From positions 62,124,359 to 62,188,358 of the forward strand of contig NC_068983.1 in the NCBI RefSeq assembly GCF_001194135.2: a stretch of DNA of 64,000 nucleotides. Direction: 5' to 3'. The translations under genes and the position numbers were made by a program. Positions 63,827 through 64,000 of this stretch are shown piece after piece (position 1 is the stretch's first letter; each line of letters opens with the position of its first letter). The notes beneath the pieces were generated by a model. It was not told the origin of the DNA. It ran no database searches and saw nothing but the letters and a program-made list of their open reading frames with translations. The stretch comes from Octopus bimaculoides. Taxonomy: Eukaryota.

Positions 63827-64000
63827 GCACATATGTAATGGGGCGAAAGTAATGTAGCTTATAAATGAATATGAACGATTTCAATATCGCCCATTATTTT
63901 GAATAAATATATATTGAATAATTAATTCTCTTATAAGAATCACTTTAATGGAGTTTTCTAATTCACAGGAAACACCCTGATTAATAAACAATATTCACTA

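Overview
AT-rich animal genomic DNA from a gapped draft assembly, dense in microsatellites. The repeat landscape suggests an octopus or other coleoid cephalopod (inference only). I could not identify a host protein-coding gene; almost all long ORFs in the track are microsatellite or N-gap artefacts. The window is a transposon graveyard containing: (i) many R4/Dong-like RLE-endonuclease non-LTR retrotransposon fragments of at least four subfamilies, stacked in (TAA)n arrays; (ii) four Penelope-like element (PLE) fragments; (iii) three mariner elements, a hAT MITE, and weak pogo and Helitron remnants; (iv) several tRNA-derived SINE families. The most notable structures are a minimal type I hammerhead ribozyme motif (minus strand, 30500-30545) inside a non-coding inverted-repeat element, plus two or three decayed hammerhead motifs; an ~860-bp near-complete palindrome (34130-34988); a 5S rRNA-derived sequence abutting a tRNA-like SINE head (7220-7538); a mariner derivative with two left ends joined at a 7-bp microhomology (50395-51279); and a Dong-like copy with its RT core deleted (56896-59299). 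All alignments and translations were done by eye, so element boundaries are approximate unless TIRs or stop codons fix them.
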